Counted from the stretch's first letter, positions 50,885 through 61,008 are shown. The stretch: DNA of 64,000 bases from a virus (IMGVR_UViG_3300037424_002164:23780-87779); one strand, 5' to 3'. Translations and numbers: made by a program. The notes: generated by a model from the letters alone, not told the origin.

Positions 50885-52069
50885 TCAGGCGATCAAGCGC
50901 TGATAGTCGAGCCCGCCCTCAGAGAACGACCCGGCCGTGATGGCGGCCAGAGTCGCCTGATTCTGGAGCGCGTCAAGCTCCGCCGGCGTTCCATTCGGCG
51001 CGGCGTTGTAGTCCACGTAGGCGAATAGCTGCCGCGAAAAACTCGCGGACTGGAAGGCGAACTGCTTCCAGTGGCCCGTGCCAACCATGGCCGCCCGGAA
51101 GTCGATGTCGAGAGCCTGGAAGAAGCTGTAGACATTCCGCGAGAAAGTGATGTCGTTCAACAGCACGCCAACCTCGCTATCCCGCGTCTTGTTGACCCAG
51201 GACTCCGAGCAGCCCAACTGCTTTCCGGCGGCTCTGGCTATCTCGCAGAGCGCGATGAATCGTTGCCAGAAACTCCCGCCCGTTCCGGCCAGGTTGACCG
51301 GGTACACGTGGACGTCGATGAGGTTCAGGTCCGGTAGCGCCACCAGTGCCTGAACGTGCTCGACGTACTTCTGAAACCAGGAGCCACAGCCCGCCCCGAC
51401 CACCATGGTATTGAGGCCCGCGCTGTCGAGCGCCGCCAGGAACTCCGAGACCATCGCCACGTCCAGAGAGACGTTGACCAGGTTGCCTTGCCCGGTCATG
51501 GCGGCCTCATTGTCCGGTTCACTTTGCAATATCAGAAAGTCGTTCGCCGAGAGGCCCAGGTTACCGGCGACTTCGAGGATGTTGGCCTGCCGGCCTGCTT
51601 TGTACGCGGACCAGTCAAGTGTCGCGTAATAGCCCGCGACGTTCCACGAGGAGCCCCGCGAGATCTCCATGTGCTGAGACTGGGCGATAACTTTCATTCC
51701 ACGGGCGTGGATGTCCGAAACGAGGAGCGCGTACCTGGTCCTGTAGGCGGCCAGGCGGTTCAGGTCGTACCCGTTCGGCACCACCCACCCCGACCAAAAC
51801 GCTTCAGAGAGGATCGGGAAGCCGAGTTGGAACTTCACCGACTTACAGCCCAACTGGGCCAGCCGATCCAGGTACGGCAGAACCGACTGCGTGTAGTACG
51901 ACATCGACAGCAGGTTCTTGTAGTTGTCCGCGGGGACGCACTCGGCGCCGAAAGACGCCGGAGCGTATTTCACTCCATCCCAGTTGTCGGCAACCGTCGC
52001 CTTGAATTGTCCGATCTGCCGGCGTAGCTGGAGGTAGAGATCGAGGTACTGCTGCGGGATGCCTTGCAT
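50885..52069 (-). CDS. Putative glycoside hydrolase-like TIM-barrel protein
   Basis: SEPDNE, DVHVY and CSESW fit a clan GH-A layout; family uncertain. Confidence 0.55.
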   Translation of the reverse strand: MQGIPQQYLDLYLQLRRQIGQFKATVADNWDGVKYAPASFGAECVPADNYKNLLSMSYYTQSVLPYLDRLAQLGCKSVKFQLGFPILSEAFWSGWVVPNGYDLNRLAAYRTRYALLVSDIHARGMKVIAQSQHMEISRGSSWNVAGYYATLDWSAYKAGRQANILEVAGNLGLSANDFLILQSEPDNEAAMTGQGNLVNVSLDVAMVSEFLAALDSAGLNTMVVGAGCGSWFQKYVEHVQALVALPDLNLIDVHVYPVNLAGTGGSFWQRFIALCEIARAAGKQLGCSESWVNKTRDSEVGVLLNDITFSRNVYSFFQALDIDFRAAMVGTGHWKQFAFQSASFSRQLFAYVDYNAAPNGTPAELDALQNQATLAAITAGSFSEGGLDYQRLIA

Positions 52070-52393
52070 TCAGGGTTGCTCCGTCAGCGGGCTCAGCGTG
52101 ACCGCGAAGTGGGTGGCCTCGGCCGCCGTGATTTCCGCCGTCACGACCGGAACCGTGATGATGTTCTCGCCCGGCCCAAGCCGCGCGTCGGCACTGACCA
52201 GGACGTCCGCCGTTCCCGGCAGCAGGGCGCGGACATGCGCCGTCACTGGTCCGGTCTGGGTAACTTCCAGCCTGGACGCGGCGCTCGATACGATTGTGAG
52301 CGGCCCATCCACTTCAGCCGGGCGCTCCTTGTCGTCAAGCGGGGTGTCTACGGTCAAATCGAACTCCTGGATGTCGGTCATGGTCAGTTGCAT
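52070..52393 (-). CDS. Ig-like virion protein
   Basis: AGGAGAGG SD; beta-strand pattern. Confidence 0.6.
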   Translation of the reverse strand: MQLTMTDIQEFDLTVDTPLDDKERPAEVDGPLTIVSSAASRLEVTQTGPVTAHVRALLPGTADVLVSADARLGPGENIITVPVVTAEITAAEATHFAVTLSPLTEQP

Positions 52394-52458
52394 TGCTGTT
52401 GTCCTCTCCTTTGTCCAGAGGCCGTCCCATAGGGATTGGTCGAAGCCGACCATGGGTC

Positions 52459-52848
52459 TCAGGCGTCGCGCGTTATCAGCTTGATGTGCCGGTAGGCGAC
52501 TGTCCCCATCGGCCACGCGATCCCCTTGGCCACCGAAACGCCGTCCCACAGCCTTCTGGCTTCCCTGTAGCTCAGCCGGGAATCGACCAGGTAGCGATCG
52601 GGCAGCGGAACCGGATGCTGGCCCGCGCCCTTGTAGACGGCCACTTTCTCCCCGGGCCGGGCGCGGCCGTACAACCAGGCGAACCGGCGCGCCAGCGATC
52701 GGGACGGAAAGCACAGCAGTCCGCCCACCGGAGCGCGCGTCCAGTAGCCAAGCACGTAGCCGACGGTCAGCCCGGAGGCGTCCTTGAGCGAGACGGCCTC
52801 CTGCGATCCGGCCGGCCGCGCGACTTTCCAGATCGTGCGCGGCTTCAT
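52459..52848 (-). CDS. Hypothetical basic protein
   Basis: ATGA coupling. Confidence 0.55.
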   Translation of the reverse strand: MKPRTIWKVARPAGSQEAVSLKDASGLTVGYVLGYWTRAPVGGLLCFPSRSLARRFAWLYGRARPGEKVAVYKGAGQHPVPLPDRYLVDSRLSYREARRLWDGVSVAKGIAWPMGTVAYRHIKLITRDA

Positions 52849-53183
52849 GCTCTGACCACCTCGACGACGTTCGAGGCGCCCGGGTCCGCCGGCAGCTCGC
52901 TCGACAGGTCCTTGATGCCGGTCCCTGGCACCGCGACGATCTGATACTTCTCTCCGAGGCTTGATGCCTCGTCCTTGCCGAACTGAACCATCGCCGACCA
53001 CATGAGTCCGGAGCCGACGAAGTTCACGTTCTGCTGTGGCCACCACAGGCCGTTGCGATCGCGGACGAGGACCTGCATGGGCAACCCAATCTCCGAGGCG
53101 GCGCCGAATATCAGTTGCCGCCAGCGGACGCGGTATCCCTGGGGGGGAAGGAGGATCATGATTTGTGGAAGCTGCTGTGCCAT
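52845..53183 (-). CDS. Hypothetical protein
   Basis: AGGAG SD; coupling. Confidence 0.55.
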   Translation of the reverse strand: MAQQLPQIMILLPPQGYRVRWRQLIFGAASEIGLPMQVLVRDRNGLWWPQQNVNFVGSGLMWSAMVQFGKDEASSLGEKYQIVAVPGTGIKDLSSELPADPGASNVVEVVRA

Positions 53184-53195
53184 CTCTGGCTCCTT

Positions 53196-54329
53196 TCAAA
53201 GGTCTACCGAGTCTTCGTTCCTGAGCTTGAAGTACTCCCGCAGGTCGTCTCGCAGTCTCCAGTTGCGGTCGGTCAACTGCAAAACCCCCTGCATGTCGTA
53301 CTTCAGGTCCGCCTGGGGATCGAACTTGTTCGAGATCAGAATCTTCCAGCGGTCCTGATAGCGCCTGTATTGCTTCGAGCCGTGCCAGGCGTGCAAGATC
53401 GTGCCGGGCATGAACCCCACGTTGCGCTGGATGTACTGCTCGGCGCGGCGCTGCCACTCAAGCCAGTAGGCCATGTAGTTGGGATGAATGCCGGGCTGAA
53501 TCGTTTTCTCAACGCCCCCGATCAGCGCGTAGGCCATGTGCCGGTCGGCGCTTCCGAGCACGGAAATGTCGCCCAGGCCGCCCAGGTCGTTGATTGCCGA
53601 ACGCCGCGCGGCCCAGGCGTAGCCGGTGTGCAGGATGCCTGTCCCCTGGTCTCCGTTGTAGGGATGTGGCGGATGCGGAGGATGTGGAGGGTGCGGCGGA
53701 TGCGGTGGATGTGGCGGGTGCGGCGGATTTGGGTTCGGCTTCGGATGTTTGCGGTCCAGTTGTTCGAGGACGTGCCGGTTGCGCATGTAGCTCGCGAACA
53801 ACGACGTGTAGGTCGCGATCGGCTGGAAATCCGGCCCCAGGTCGGTGGCGTGCGACCACATCTGGATGATCTTGTAGATTTGCAGTTGGTGAATCGTTTC
53901 GACCGCCCAGTCCGGGCGGGTGAATACGATGTCGGCGTCCACCCAGGCCACGTACTCGTAGTCTTCCGGCAGCCAGCTCATCGCGACGTTGATGAGGTTT
54001 TCCTTGTGCCACAGAATCGAGGGCGATCGAAGCTGGATGTGCTGCGGGTTGTCCGGGCTGGTGATTTCGAAGTGCCTGTCTCGCAGCGCCATCTCGACGG
54101 TGTAGAGCACCGCCCCGGCGTCGGCGCACTGTTTCTCGAAGGCCTGATAGAGCCCGTAGCGGCTTTTGTACCGAAACGGGTTTGTGATGGCCGTGATGAC
54201 GTACAGCGGGCTCGAGACCGGCTGCACGTGGGACTGCCGCTGGCACGGATGCACGGCCAGATTGGGCTCGACAACGGTTCGCTCCGCTCGTCGGCTCTCC
54301 AAATGCTTGCGAGGGGTTGTATAAATCAC
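53196..54329 (-). CDS. GT-A-fold glycosyltransferase-like protein with (PPH)7 insert
   Basis: WHKENLINVA, YVAWVDADI (DxD), GYAWAARR, G..LH.WHG. Confidence 0.72.
   Translation of the reverse strand: MIYTTPRKHLESRRAERTVVEPNLAVHPCQRQSHVQPVSSPLYVITAITNPFRYKSRYGLYQAFEKQCADAGAVLYTVEMALRDRHFEITSPDNPQHIQLRSPSILWHKENLINVAMSWLPEDYEYVAWVDADIVFTRPDWAVETIHQLQIYKIIQMWSHATDLGPDFQPIATYTSLFASYMRNRHVLEQLDRKHPKPNPNPPHPPHPPHPPHPPHPPHPPHPYNGDQGTGILHTGYAWAARRSAINDLGGLGDISVLGSADRHMAYALIGGVEKTIQPGIHPNYMAYWLEWQRRAEQYIQRNVGFMPGTILHAWHGSKQYRRYQDRWKILISNKFDPQADLKYDMQGVLQLTDRNWRLRDDLREYFKLRNEDSVDL
53661..53726 (-). repeat. Codon-degenerate 9-bp tandem repeat encoding (Pro-Pro-His)x7
   Basis: Read directly. Confidence 0.95.
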
Positions 54330-54342
54330 GGTCTATTCCTTT

Positions 54343-54789
54343 TCAGTTTTTGAACCACTGGATCACGACGGCCAGGATTCCGATAATCGTTCCGATGGCC
54401 CCCAGGCCCAAAGCGAGTCCCTGAGCCCTGGCGCTTTGCTCCCGAAGCTGGCGGATGTCCGCTTCGGCCTTTTCCCTCCAGGCGTCAATCTCGCCTTTAC
54501 TGGGGATGCCTGCAATCGATTCCCGCAATGTGCGGATCTGCGCTTCCATTGCCTGCTGCGACATGGCAACTTCCGGTTTACGCGCAAACTCAGCGTTCTG
54601 GTCGATCAGGGTGGCCCGGATTTCGTTCATCCCGACCAGGCGCTTGTCCATCGACTCAGCGAGCGACCTGGCGGCGTTTTCGAAAGACCGGAATCTTTCG
54701 GCGACCGCCTTTTCCAATGCCTCGATCTTTTCCACGCAGCGCTCGAAGCGCTCCTTGAAGATCGCCTCCAGGTGGGCCCGGTCTGTCAT
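54343..54789 (-). CDS. Coiled-coil protein with C-terminal TM (holin/XhlA-like)
   Basis: GLALGLGAIGTIIGILAVVIQW C-terminus. Confidence 0.65.
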   Translation of the reverse strand: MTDRAHLEAIFKERFERCVEKIEALEKAVAERFRSFENAARSLAESMDKRLVGMNEIRATLIDQNAEFARKPEVAMSQQAMEAQIRTLRESIAGIPSKGEIDAWREKAEADIRQLREQSARAQGLALGLGAIGTIIGILAVVIQWFKN

Positions 54790-55142
54790 GGAATCTCCCG
54801 GTCCGGCGTTGTTCCTGGAAGCAGCGGCTCGACCGCGGGGGGAAGCGTGGCCAGCTCAGTCAGCGTTTCCAGGTTCTCGGGTGTCTTGGCGGCCGGCGGA
54901 GTCAAAGAATCCGAGCGCGTCTGCGTTACCGTCACCGTCTCGACGTGCGCGTCGCCTGTTTTCTTCAGAGGGTCGAACAACAGGCGGATGTTGATCGAAA
55001 AGGTGTGGAGGGTCTGGAAGATCCAGATGTACACCGGCTTGGACAGCACCGTGGGGCGCGGCAGGGACTGGACCGCCGCCATGTAGAGAATCCAGCAGCC
55101 TACGACCCACAGTGGGATTTTTGTGTTCAGGAATTGTTCCAT
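54786..55142 (-). CDS. Holin-like membrane protein
   Basis: Two N-terminal hydrophobic segments and a charged tail. Confidence 0.55.
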   Translation of the reverse strand: MEQFLNTKIPLWVVGCWILYMAAVQSLPRPTVLSKPVYIWIFQTLHTFSINIRLLFDPLKKTGDAHVETVTVTQTRSDSLTPPAAKTPENLETLTELATLPPAVEPLLPGTTPDREIP

Positions 55143-55174
55143 TTTGGGGCGCTTTTTACTCCGGCGCTGGTGGG

Positions 55175-55738
55175 TTAGGGCTCGGCGTTCGCTCGGGCCG
55201 CGTCCAATGTGCTCTGAGCGGCGGAGACGGCGGCCTGTGCGGTGGCAAGCGCGCCGCCCGGTGTTTCGTTGATGAACTGCTGGAACCACGGCTTCAATTG
55301 CTTCACGAAAGCCTGCACGTCGTCCCTGTACCTAGGCTTCGACGTGGGGTTGCCGTTCGCGTCGGGAGGTCCCGATTCGAGCGCCGCCGCCCAGTTGCGC
55401 AAGCTGGCCACGCTGTCAGGTGAGATGGTCTTCTGGTCCCACAGAAACACGTCGAGCCCGCTCACGTGCGCCTTGTTGTTCGTGCCCTGCGCGTTGCGGC
55501 CCTGCCCGGTCGGACAGACGTTCAGGTCGTTCCCGGTCTGGGAGCACACGCGGATGATCTCGCCCTCCACCGCGATGAAGAATGGATACGGTGGCGTCCA
55601 GGACTTGTCCGCGACAGGGACTGTCATCTGGGAATTGGTCATTGCCGCCGTGGTGGTGGTGCGGTTGCTCTTTACCGTCACTTCCATCTGCTGCCCAAAG
55701 GCCGCTGCTGCGAAAAGGAGAAAGGTTAGTGTTCTCAT
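55175..55738 (-). CDS. Signal-peptide protein with tail-type beta domain
   Basis: MRTLTFLLFAAAAFG|QQ; EGEIIRV...GRNAQGT...H. Confidence 0.75.
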   Translation of the reverse strand: MRTLTFLLFAAAAFGQQMEVTVKSNRTTTTAAMTNSQMTVPVADKSWTPPYPFFIAVEGEIIRVCSQTGNDLNVCPTGQGRNAQGTNNKAHVSGLDVFLWDQKTISPDSVASLRNWAAALESGPPDANGNPTSKPRYRDDVQAFVKQLKPWFQQFINETPGGALATAQAAVSAAQSTLDAARANAEP

Positions 55739-55741
55739 TGC

Positions 55742-58459
55742 TTACTCGATATACACCGTTGCCGCGAGGCTCACGTTCGTCGGGTTTGTGGCCCACGTCG
55801 GCGTGACCCACTTGAACTCGAAGTAATCCCCGGCGGCGACCGCGATTGACAGCCCGGTGTTGCTGAAGGTGGTCGTGTTTGCGTCGTTGATGATCGCGGA
55901 GGAGATTGCGGTGTCCGTTGTGTCGTTCAGGCGGAACGATAGCGTGCTGGTCTCAGTGGTCCCGCCGACGGTCTGGATGAAGGTGCCATAGATGGTCTTG
56001 ACCGTCCCGGCTTTGGGGATGTAAACCCGCCGAGTCGCAGCGGAGGTAGCGATGGTCAGCGGTGACATGCCCGCGTACAAGGTGGCGGGGTCCGTGATGC
56101 TGGCGGTGTTGCCGCTGAACACCTGGAGCACGTACCCAAGCGGTGCGCCACAGGAGAGCGTGCCGCTGGCGTTGATCCCGCTGGCGAAGGCACCGGCCGA
56201 GCAGTCGGCTGGATCTGCGGCGAGGGCGGTGGCGGTGCTTGCGTTGCCCGTGAGAGCGGCGGTCACCGTTCCGGCGGTGAGGTTGGCATCTCCGCTGTCA
56301 TCGGCCAGCCGCACCTGAAGCGTGGTGGTGGAGCGCTTGAGCGCGGGGAAGCTGGAGGTGGTGCCGCCGAATTGGAGGCGATCGAAGTCAGTCACGGCAG
56401 CATTGGTAAGTTCAATCACCCCATTAGAGGGAGACAGCATAACCGATCTACTCGACCACTGAAAGTTCCCCGTGCTCGTAGACCTAAAATACCCACCATC
56501 CATGCCACTTTGCGCGTAAATTTTCGCGGGACGACCGGAGGCCGCTGCCCCAATATCTCCGCCCGCATCCGTCGCCCACAGCAAGCTGCCCGTCCCGTTC
56601 ACCGTGGGGGCCGAGCCGCTCCCCGCGATGCCAGTGTCGTTGAACGTAACCGCCGTGCCGCTCGTCGAGATGCGCCCCGTGCTCGAAGGAGTGCCGCCCG
56701 CCGTCGTGCGGTACACGTCGTAGTAGCTTGCGCCTGTGACCGCGCTCCACGACAGCGCGTTGTAGTTGGTGGCGCCGAGCGTTGCGGCCCCGGTCGCCGT
56801 GGTGCCCTCCGCGCCTGCCGCCGTGACGGTTGTGCCGTCAGCGAGCTTGGCGACAATCTTGTAGCCCCATGCGGTTCCGGCGGGAGTACCGGGGCCGGTG
56901 GGCGTGACCGTGGGCGTGCCGGGGGTGGCGAGCGATTGCATCTGGATGCTGCCGAGCTTGAGACCGGCCCATTTGCCTGACGCGGAGGACGCGCCGTTGT
57001 TTACTTCCAAGATTCCGGCGGCGTTGCGAAGAAAGCCCACATCACTCGTAGTACCAATCACACCAGAAGACCAATTGAGAGCAGCGGTGCTTTTGAACTG
57101 CCACGTCGGAGCGCTCCCGCCTTTCAACTGCACAATGTAGGTCCCGGCAGATGAGTATCTAAGGTCGCCAGCAGACGGCATGGCAAAGCCTGAGTTCGTG
57201 CTGCCCAAGAATGAGTACGCTGGCACACCCTCGGTTCCAGCAAGAGCTTGCATTTGCCCGCTCGTGAGCCGCAGGCTTTCCGTCAACACGCTGGGTGCAG
57301 CATTTGTGGCCGTGTAGAAAGACACCCGCGTCGGCACACGCGTCCCGGCAATTGTGCCCTCCGACACCACATCCATCCCGCCCATGTTCAAATAATTCGA
57401 GCCGTCATACCCCGCGCCCCGGAAGCTGCCGAGAACCTTGCCCGTCGTGATGATCGTAGGTGCGGCGAATGTTCCACCAGATGCTTGGAGAACGATCTGC
57501 GGGCCAACGAGATCGGCGCTGTCCCGCGACCACACGAGATTGGCGCTCTCCGCCAGCGACCCCGCCGGGCTGATGTGCGGGATGCGCCCGAGGGTGGTGA
57601 GCGATGCCGCGCCGAGTACTGGGCCAGACGGTGCGCCGCTCAGGTTCGCGTAGGGGAAGCTGCCCGTCGTCACGGTGCCGAGCGTCGTGATGTTGGTGCT
57701 ACCGGCCCAGGTGGACAGCGCCGTGTTCTCGACGCTCCCGAGGCCGACGGCTGTCTTGTCGAGCGTCTGCCACGACTTGTCCCCGCGCCAGTACTGCCCG
57801 GTCGTTCCGGACGTGATCGTCGGCTCTTTCCCGCCGAGCGCCGAATTCAGGTCCGTCTGGTCGGCCAGCGTGCCGGTAATCGCGCCCCACGCTACGCCGC
57901 CGCCAGCGACGGTACAGCCCTCAACCGCCCCGGCGGCGTCCACGCCGAGCGGATAATTACCGGCCGCGCAGTTGGCTCCGTTGGCCGCCAGTGCGGTAGC
58001 CGTGCCGGCGTTGCCCCCGGCAGGCACCACGTTCGCCAAGTTCACTCCCAACTGCGTTTCAATTGCCTGGATTTCCTCTCGGACGGCATTGTGGTGCCAC
58101 GCCGAAACGTACGCCGAAACCGTGGAGACGGCGTTGTGGTACGCCGCGACGCTCCCGTCGAAGCCCCGGCCATCGACGTTGGGACACGAACTGTAGCCCA
58201 CGGTGAGGGTGTTTCCCGACACCAGACAGATTGAAATGCGCTCGTTGTCGATGGTCACCATCGAGTTGGTCAGAAAGGCCGCGCCGTTGGCGACCGCTAT
58301 CGTGGTGGCCGTCTGATTGATGTCGCCGGTGAGCGTGCTTTGCGCCCGGTTCGCGGCGACTTTCAGGTGGTTGTCGCCCGCAACCGCAGTAGGAAACTGG
58401 GCGGTCTGGGCGCACAGCAGGCCAGCCGAGAGCAAGACAACCGTGAGAAGTCGTTTCAT
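55742..58459 (-). CDS. Tail fibre/adhesin-like protein with signal peptide
   Basis: MKRLLTVVLLSAGLLCA|QT; WG.ITGTLADQTDL and GTTGQYWRGDKSWQTL fibre motifs; FN3-like segment. Confidence 0.8.
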   Translation of the reverse strand: MKRLLTVVLLSAGLLCAQTAQFPTAVAGDNHLKVAANRAQSTLTGDINQTATTIAVANGAAFLTNSMVTIDNERISICLVSGNTLTVGYSSCPNVDGRGFDGSVAAYHNAVSTVSAYVSAWHHNAVREEIQAIETQLGVNLANVVPAGGNAGTATALAANGANCAAGNYPLGVDAAGAVEGCTVAGGGVAWGAITGTLADQTDLNSALGGKEPTITSGTTGQYWRGDKSWQTLDKTAVGLGSVENTALSTWAGSTNITTLGTVTTGSFPYANLSGAPSGPVLGAASLTTLGRIPHISPAGSLAESANLVWSRDSADLVGPQIVLQASGGTFAAPTIITTGKVLGSFRGAGYDGSNYLNMGGMDVVSEGTIAGTRVPTRVSFYTATNAAPSVLTESLRLTSGQMQALAGTEGVPAYSFLGSTNSGFAMPSAGDLRYSSAGTYIVQLKGGSAPTWQFKSTAALNWSSGVIGTTSDVGFLRNAAGILEVNNGASSASGKWAGLKLGSIQMQSLATPGTPTVTPTGPGTPAGTAWGYKIVAKLADGTTVTAAGAEGTTATGAATLGATNYNALSWSAVTGASYYDVYRTTAGGTPSSTGRISTSGTAVTFNDTGIAGSGSAPTVNGTGSLLWATDAGGDIGAAASGRPAKIYAQSGMDGGYFRSTSTGNFQWSSRSVMLSPSNGVIELTNAAVTDFDRLQFGGTTSSFPALKRSTTTLQVRLADDSGDANLTAGTVTAALTGNASTATALAADPADCSAGAFASGINASGTLSCGAPLGYVLQVFSGNTASITDPATLYAGMSPLTIATSAATRRVYIPKAGTVKTIYGTFIQTVGGTTETSTLSFRLNDTTDTAISSAIINDANTTTFSNTGLSIAVAAGDYFEFKWVTPTWATNPTNVSLAATVYIE

Positions 58460-58476
58460 CGAAGGTTGGGCTCCTT

Positions 58477-59274
58477 TTAGCCGGTCCGCCAGTCCCAGCG
58501 CTTCCCGACGCCGAGCAGCGCCGGATCGCAACGGAGCTCGAGTGTGGGACTGTTCAGCGCCTTAATCGCGGCTTTCGACTTAACCGCTGTGTCAAGCACG
58601 AGCGGCGAGACGACGGCGTTGATGTGGCGCGGCGCCAGTTCGAGCGCCAGGTTGTACTGGATCGCCCGCAAGTACCCCGGATACATGGCGAAGGGGTCTT
58701 CGACCGTCTGGAACTGAAGCAGGGTCTGCCAGAGGTAGAGGGCAATCTGATTCGCCGTTGTCGGAAGCGGCCACAGGTAAATGGTTCCCGAGCCGATCGA
58801 AAGCCCCTGGTCGTAGTACAGCTTCGCCGGAATCGTGGATTCTACGCTCTTGACGGGCAGGGCCTGCCATTGCTCGATCGTCAGGATTTCCATGGGCAGC
58901 TCGATCGGCTGCGAGGGGTTGTTCGTGTCGATCAGCCCCGCCTTTTCGATCCGCGAGGGCCGCTCGTTCACCATGAAGTCGCCGGAAGGCCCGATGGTAT
59001 AGTCCTGGTCCCCGGCGGTGAGTGTGAACACGTTGCGCAACAGGGCCGGAACGACCAGGCGCTCCGTGTTCCAGGAGTCGATCATGGCGTTGAGCGCGGC
59101 CAGCGATTCGGTGATGATCTCCGGCTGCGAGCCGTGCCCGGCGCGCGCGGCGACACGGATGAGGCGCAGCGCCGGATAGATGATGTCCGAGCCGACCGTG
59201 ACTCCCGGGCCTCCGTACAGGCTGGAGTTCCAGGAGGCCGTCTGCGGAAACGCCGAGGCGGGCGGGGTGCTCAT
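58477..59274 (-). CDS. Head-tail adaptor (P22 gp4-like), paralog 3
   Basis: ALRLI...LNAMIDSW; YT.G..G; LYY; LWP.P; GY..AI.YNLA.ELAP. Confidence 0.85.
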   Translation of the reverse strand: MSTPPASAFPQTASWNSSLYGGPGVTVGSDIIYPALRLIRVAARAGHGSQPEIITESLAALNAMIDSWNTERLVVPALLRNVFTLTAGDQDYTIGPSGDFMVNERPSRIEKAGLIDTNNPSQPIELPMEILTIEQWQALPVKSVESTIPAKLYYDQGLSIGSGTIYLWPLPTTANQIALYLWQTLLQFQTVEDPFAMYPGYLRAIQYNLALELAPRHINAVVSPLVLDTAVKSKAAIKALNSPTLELRCDPALLGVGKRWDWRTG

Positions 59275-59957
59275 GCTCGCTCCTTGGGCGGAGGCGCCTG
59301 GCGAACAGGGGGCATGTTCTCCGGCTGGTTCGGCCCTTTCGCCGCGTTCAACGCATTCAATTCCGCGATTTCCGCCTTGGACTGCGTGGCGATGCCCAAA
59401 ACCTCCTGGGAGATTTGCCGGTTGAATTCCGGGGCCAGGTCGATCGCCAGGTTGTAGCGCACGGCGCGCTCGTAGCCCGGCGGCAGGGCCACCACGTCGG
59501 CCAGGGTCGCGAAAGTCGCCAGCGGTTGCCAGCTTTGGAGCTCGAGCGTCGGCGTGCCGGACGGTTTGGGCCAGAGGTACAGCGTTGACAGCGGGCTGGC
59601 GTAATCGTTGTAGAGCTTGAGCGGCAGCAGCGCCGAAACGGCGTCTTCCCGGATTTTGTCCCATTCCAGGGAGTCGATCAGCTCCAGCGGATAACGCACG
59701 CCCGTGAGCAGGATGCTGGCGCTTTCGAGGTAGGCGGGCCGGGGCACGTTGATGACCCCGCCCGTGCCGATCGTGTAGGTTTGCGTTGTGGCCGTAAGCA
59801 CGTGCGTGTTCCGGCGGATGGCGTAGACCGACAGCCGCTCCGTCGTCCAGCTCTGGAGCAGGTTGTTCAGCGCTTCGAGCGCCTGTGCTCCCGGCGTGAC
59901 GATGGACGGCACGCCGATCAGGCGCAGACTGGCGGAGATCAGCTCAGATGCGGTCAT
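59271..59957 (-). CDS. Head-tail adaptor (P22 gp4-like), paralog 2
   Basis: Same motif set. Confidence 0.85.
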   Translation of the reverse strand: MTASELISASLRLIGVPSIVTPGAQALEALNNLLQSWTTERLSVYAIRRNTHVLTATTQTYTIGTGGVINVPRPAYLESASILLTGVRYPLELIDSLEWDKIREDAVSALLPLKLYNDYASPLSTLYLWPKPSGTPTLELQSWQPLATFATLADVVALPPGYERAVRYNLAIDLAPEFNRQISQEVLGIATQSKAEIAELNALNAAKGPNQPENMPPVRQAPPPKERA

Positions 59958-59960
59958 GGG

Positions 59961-60626
59961 TTAACCCTCCACTGGCGCAGGAACTGGCGGGAGTCCGTTG
60001 CCGACGTTCAGTTGCGCGATCGCGGTTCGCGAGGAACCGGCGACCGAGGCGATGGCGGCATCGACCTGCCGGCCGTATTCGGGAGCCAGCAAAATGGCCA
60101 GGTTGTACTCGATCGCCTGCTGGTAGCCTGGCGGTAAGTCGAAAGTGTCGGTCAGGGCCGCGAACCCGGTAAGCTGCTGCCAGGAAAACAGCTCGAGCGT
60201 CGGCGTGCCGGACGGTTTGGGCCAGATATGCAGCAACGACAGCGGGTAGGCGTAGTCGTCGTAGAGCTTGAGGGGCACGACGGCGGATATGGCTTCCTCG
60301 ACTATCTCGCCCCACTGCTCGGGAGTTAGCAGTTCGAGCCCTGTGGCGAGCCCGTTTGACTGAATGATCGACGCCTGCTCGATCTTGACGGGCCGCGGGA
60401 CGTTGAACGCCCCGCCGGTGCCGATTGTGTACGTACCGACACCGGCGGAGAGCGCAAGCGTATCCCGCCTCTGCATGTAGATGTTGATCCGCTCGATGGA
60501 CCAGTTGGACAGCATCAGGTTGAGCCGGGCGAGAGCGTCGGCTCCTTCGGAGGCATTCGGGGTCTCGCCCTGTGCCAGCTCGCCGATGAGGCGCAACGAG
60601 GCTTTGACAACATCTAGAACGGTCAT
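59961..60626 (-). CDS. Head-tail adaptor (P22 gp4-like), paralog 1
   Basis: Same motif set. Confidence 0.85.
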   Translation of the reverse strand: MTVLDVVKASLRLIGELAQGETPNASEGADALARLNLMLSNWSIERINIYMQRRDTLALSAGVGTYTIGTGGAFNVPRPVKIEQASIIQSNGLATGLELLTPEQWGEIVEEAISAVVPLKLYDDYAYPLSLLHIWPKPSGTPTLELFSWQQLTGFAALTDTFDLPPGYQQAIEYNLAILLAPEYGRQVDAAIASVAGSSRTAIAQLNVGNGLPPVPAPVEG

Positions 60627-60641
60627 AGAGAGGCTCCTGGG

Positions 60642-60911
60642 TTACTTCTTGGCTGGCGGCTTCGCCGGGGCCTTTGGCGCTTCAGGCACAACCGCCTTCG
60701 GGGCCGGCGGCGTCGGCTTGGGCGCTTCGGTCTTGGGCGCTTCGGGCTTGTGCGGCTCCTTCTCTACGTGCGCCTTTGGAGCCGGTTTGTCGAACGCGGC
60801 GGGCGTGTCGGCCCAGTCGGCGCCGAGGGCCACTTCCGCCTCGGCATTCTGGACGATCTGGCTTCGGCCGTCGGCCGCGTACTTCCATTTCGGAAACTCT
60901 TTGAAGGACAT
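60642..60911 (-). CDS. Small protein with Pro/Lys/Ala-rich tail
   Basis: FPKWKY...IV.N.E.E.ALG..W.D.P motif; AGGAG SD. Confidence 0.7.
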   Translation of the reverse strand: MSFKEFPKWKYAADGRSQIVQNAEAEVALGADWADTPAAFDKPAPKAHVEKEPHKPEAPKTEAPKPTPPAPKAVVPEAPKAPAKPPAKK

Positions 60912-61008
60912 CGGTGCTTTCTCCTCTTTCGGTTGGGTTTTGGTGGAACAACGCGGGGGGCGGCCCCAGGGCAGGGAACGCCCCAAAACGGTACAGCCGG
61001 AGAAGGGG

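Noticed and set aside
59539-60226. 37-bp exact repeat as a DGR template/variable pair or CRISPR repeat
   Set aside because: No adenine-specific mismatches, no reverse transcriptase, only two copies, both inside paralogous genes
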